From the NCBI GenBank assembly GCA_965644295.1, contig CBFFRP010000335.1:62001-126000 (forward strand): a DNA stretch of 64,000 nt, written 5' to 3'. Each line of letters starts with the position of its first letter. Position 1 is the stretch's first letter. The DNA comes from Paraphysomonas bandaiensis (taxonomy: Eukaryota > Protista > Chrysophyceae). The notes under the pieces are model-generated. The model did not search any database, was not told where the DNA came from, and was given only the letters and a program-made list of their open reading frames with translations. Made by a program: the position numbers and the translations under genes. Positions 61,679 through 64,000 of the stretch are shown here, in pieces.

Positions 61679-64000
61679 CTAAACTTCAGTAACCACTTCT
61701 ATATCTTCCGGTGAGACAGCAAACTTGCTACCTGATGCTGGCACAGAAAATGACCCATCTGGAAGTATGGTGCTTTGGCTACGACAATAAACAATATACA
61801 CGAAGACCATAGCTGCAATTCCTATAAACAAAACTCCCAGGTAATATACCACATTACCAACACCTACTACCGATTCTCCCACATTTTTTCTCAACAGGTT
61901 CTCCCCAGGAGTTACTTCAGAAAGGGAATAGGCTGCACACACTCCACTGGTTACATTGAATCGAAATTCATGCCGCGAACCTCCAGATATACCACAAAAC
62001 TCCCACGAAACTAATTCAGCGTCCGGATCGTGAGCGCCAGTTGTGCGGAATATGTACTCGCCGTCTGCCATGCAAGACTTACATGCGGTAGTGTGGTCAC
62101 CCCCTTCATAAAACTCGCTACAATAAGGTTTACCGTATGCAAACAGTACAGATTTGTTTTCAGCATCAGTGATGTACCATCCCGTCCGAAGGAATTCGGA
62201 TGAGGTCACATTCAGGCTGCTATCTGCTGAGTCGCCTAGAGAAGTGTTACCAGAGTTGGTAAAATCCATGAAAAACTCATCGGCATAAATATGGGTGTCC
62301 ACATTAAAAGAAAAGCAGGTACTACCGCAATTTTCTGGATATATCCACAGATTTTTCCACGAATCGATGGTATAGGACTGACTAATGTAGTCAAAGTTGA
62401 ACACCACATGCGTGCCATAACCACCATAGTATTTATTTCTCCATACACCGTTTTCAACAATTTGAACAGTCCAGTGAACCTCCCAAAACAACGCAGGATG
62501 GGACACCACACCATCATCCAGCTCAAAATAATACGACTGGTCATAAGGTACATTTAGGGGAACGAGCATCCCCCCACGAATGGATTCATTAAATTTCAAG
62601 CCAGTCTTAATCAGATTCGATTGATACACTTGTGCTGAGGGCTGAATAGAATCAGCAGATGTAGTATGTTGGTGTTGATTGGCTGACAACTTAGTGCTAG
62701 AACTGGGACCATTTCGCATTGTAGCATAGTATGTGAAGTTAATACTGTGAGGCCACCCGTCACCAAACTGATCATAGAGAGTAATATACAACCCAGTCGG
62801 CTTAGACACAGCGGGAGGATACTCCAATATGTCATGCAATATAAAGGGAGGAAAAGGTGTGGGTACAAATGATGGAGCATAACTCGGTATAGGCGTTGGA
62901 CCCACTGATGGCCTACAAGAAGGCGCAGCGCTGGGGGTCTCAGAAGGTTCAAATGACGGTAAAAGTGTAGGGGATGCGGAGAGGGAGTCCGAACAGACTT
63001 GATCCACACCGCCCTGCGCTCCTGGAGTACACTTGCCATCTACAATAGTAAACCGAAGCTGAAACTGCGACGTACCGGAAATTCCACAGAACTCCCACAA
63101 CTCCCAATCACTATCACTATCACAAGCACCGGTTGTTTTATACAAATATTCACCATCAGGAAGGCAGCATGAGCATCGACTTTCATTTCCCTCGGCATTA
63201 CATGATGGTGAGCCGTATGCAGTTATCGTAGATGTCTCATTCGCATCTACAATATACCAACCAAGAGTCATGTACTCGCCAGTAGAAATATTTGGTCCAT
63301 AGCCATATGTAATAGGAGTAGACGAATGTAGTACATTACCCCAAAACACATCCAATGAATTATCACCCGTAGTCAAACAATCATGACATACAGATGGATA
63401 CTTCCATACATTTTGAGAGTTCAACAAACTATATGACCCATCCATACGATTAAATGCAAATGTCAAGGTAGTGTTATACCCTCCATAATACTTCTCCTTC
63501 CAAACACCACCCTCTACAATCTGAACTGTCCAGTGTATCTCCCAATAGTACTCGGGAACGATAGATTTCCCATCACTGTCTGTGGAAAATAAGTTGAAAT
63601 GGTACAGTTGATCAACATTTAAATCAGATGGCGGTAAACATCCTGACAGCTTCGGACATTGACAATTCAAGGAATTGGAAACTATATTAGACTCATCATC
63701 ACGAACTTGGGCCCAATAATAGAGTTTAGTTTCATTTCCCCAGCCATCACCAAACTGGTCAAAAGCACTGATATAGAGACAGGTTTCATTATACGCACCA
63801 TCGGAATCAGAACAGTCACTGCATTCAAGAACATTAACCAATGAAAGAGTGCCCAGAATAGTAGGGTTGGACGAAGGAATTGCAGAGGGGATCCACGAAG
63901 GAGATCCACTCGGTAGGCTTGACGGAATAGATGTGGGTTCACCTGAAGGCTCTCCAGTAGGCAAACTACTGGGGACAGATGATGGCTCACCAGTAGGATC
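61679..64000 (-). CDS. Type I surface protein (5' end outside window): Pro/Ser repeats, two FGDGW + WEFCG module pairs, TM helix
   Basis: The frame is open to the window edge; DQFGDGW x2, DGEY.....GA.D......WEFCG x2; TM VVYYLGVLFIGIAAMVFVYIVY. Confidence 0.8.
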   Translation of the reverse strand, partial: DPTGEPSSVPSSLPTGEPSGEPTSIPSSLPSGSPSWIPSAIPSSNPTILGTLSLVNVLECSDCSDSDGAYNETCLYISAFDQFGDGWGNETKLYYWAQVRDDESNIVSNSLNCQCPKLSGCLPPSDLNVDQLYHFNLFSTDSDGKSIVPEYYWEIHWTVQIVEGGVWKEKYYGGYNTTLTFAFNRMDGSYSLLNSQNVWKYPSVCHDCLTTGDNSLDVFWGNVLHSSTPITYGYGPNISTGEYMTLGWYIVDANETSTITAYGSPSCNAEGNESRCSCCLPDGEYLYKTTGACDSDSDWELWEFCGISGTSQFQLRFTIVDGKCTPGAQGGVDQVCSDSLSASPTLLPSFEPSETPSAAPSCRPSVGPTPIPSYAPSFVPTPFPPFILHDILEYPPAVSKPTGLYITLYDQFGDGWPHSINFTYYATMRNGPSSSTKLSANQHQHTTSADSIQPSAQVYQSNLIKTGLKFNESIRGGMLVPLNVPYDQSYYFELDDGVVSHPALFWEVHWTVQIVENGVWRNKYYGGYGTHVVFNFDYISQSYTIDSWKNLWIYPENCGSTCFSFNVDTHIYADEFFMDFTNSGNTSLGDSADSSLNVTSSEFLRTGWYITDAENKSVLFAYGKPYCSEFYEGGDHTTACKSCMADGEYIFRTTGAHDPDAELVSWEFCGISGGSRHEFRFNVTSGVCAAYSLSEVTPGENLLRKNVGESVVGVGNVVYYLGVLFIGIAAMVFVYIVYCRSQSTILPDGSFSVPASGSKFAVSPEDIEVVTEV

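Overview
Gene-dense, intron-rich eukaryotic nuclear DNA with short (mostly ~45-60 nt) GT-AG introns. The gene content suggests a stramenopile, possibly a phagotrophic chrysophyte (inference). There are about 19 protein-coding genes: a giant dynein-MTBD/pseudohydrolase/IQ/SAM/ankyrin protein, two kinases, an F-box/WD40 protein, a GOS1 SNARE, mitoferrin, TTC5, a papain-like protease, an NDC1-like nucleoporin, a UGA-selenocysteine glutathione peroxidase, subtilisin, a membrane-anchored DNase II fusion, a PUB-UBX protein, a 2OG-Fe(II) oxygenase, ADAT3/TAD3 and two related surface proteins. Most are arranged as head-to-head pairs, and many of their upstream regions contain the motif TACTGCTGTA. The larger intergenic gaps, mostly between convergent genes, hold mobile DNA: a hAT element with TIRs and an 8-bp TSD, LINE relics, and a retroelement 3'-end/SINE-like family whose ~49-nt RNA structure shows compensatory base changes. 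The strongest observations are this covarying RNA element, the Sec-GPx with miniature SECIS-like hairpins, the zinc-ligand-less ADAT3, the promoter motif, and several unusual domain fusions. No CRISPR array, rRNA or tRNA was recognised. All family assignments rest on remembered motifs; no database search was run.
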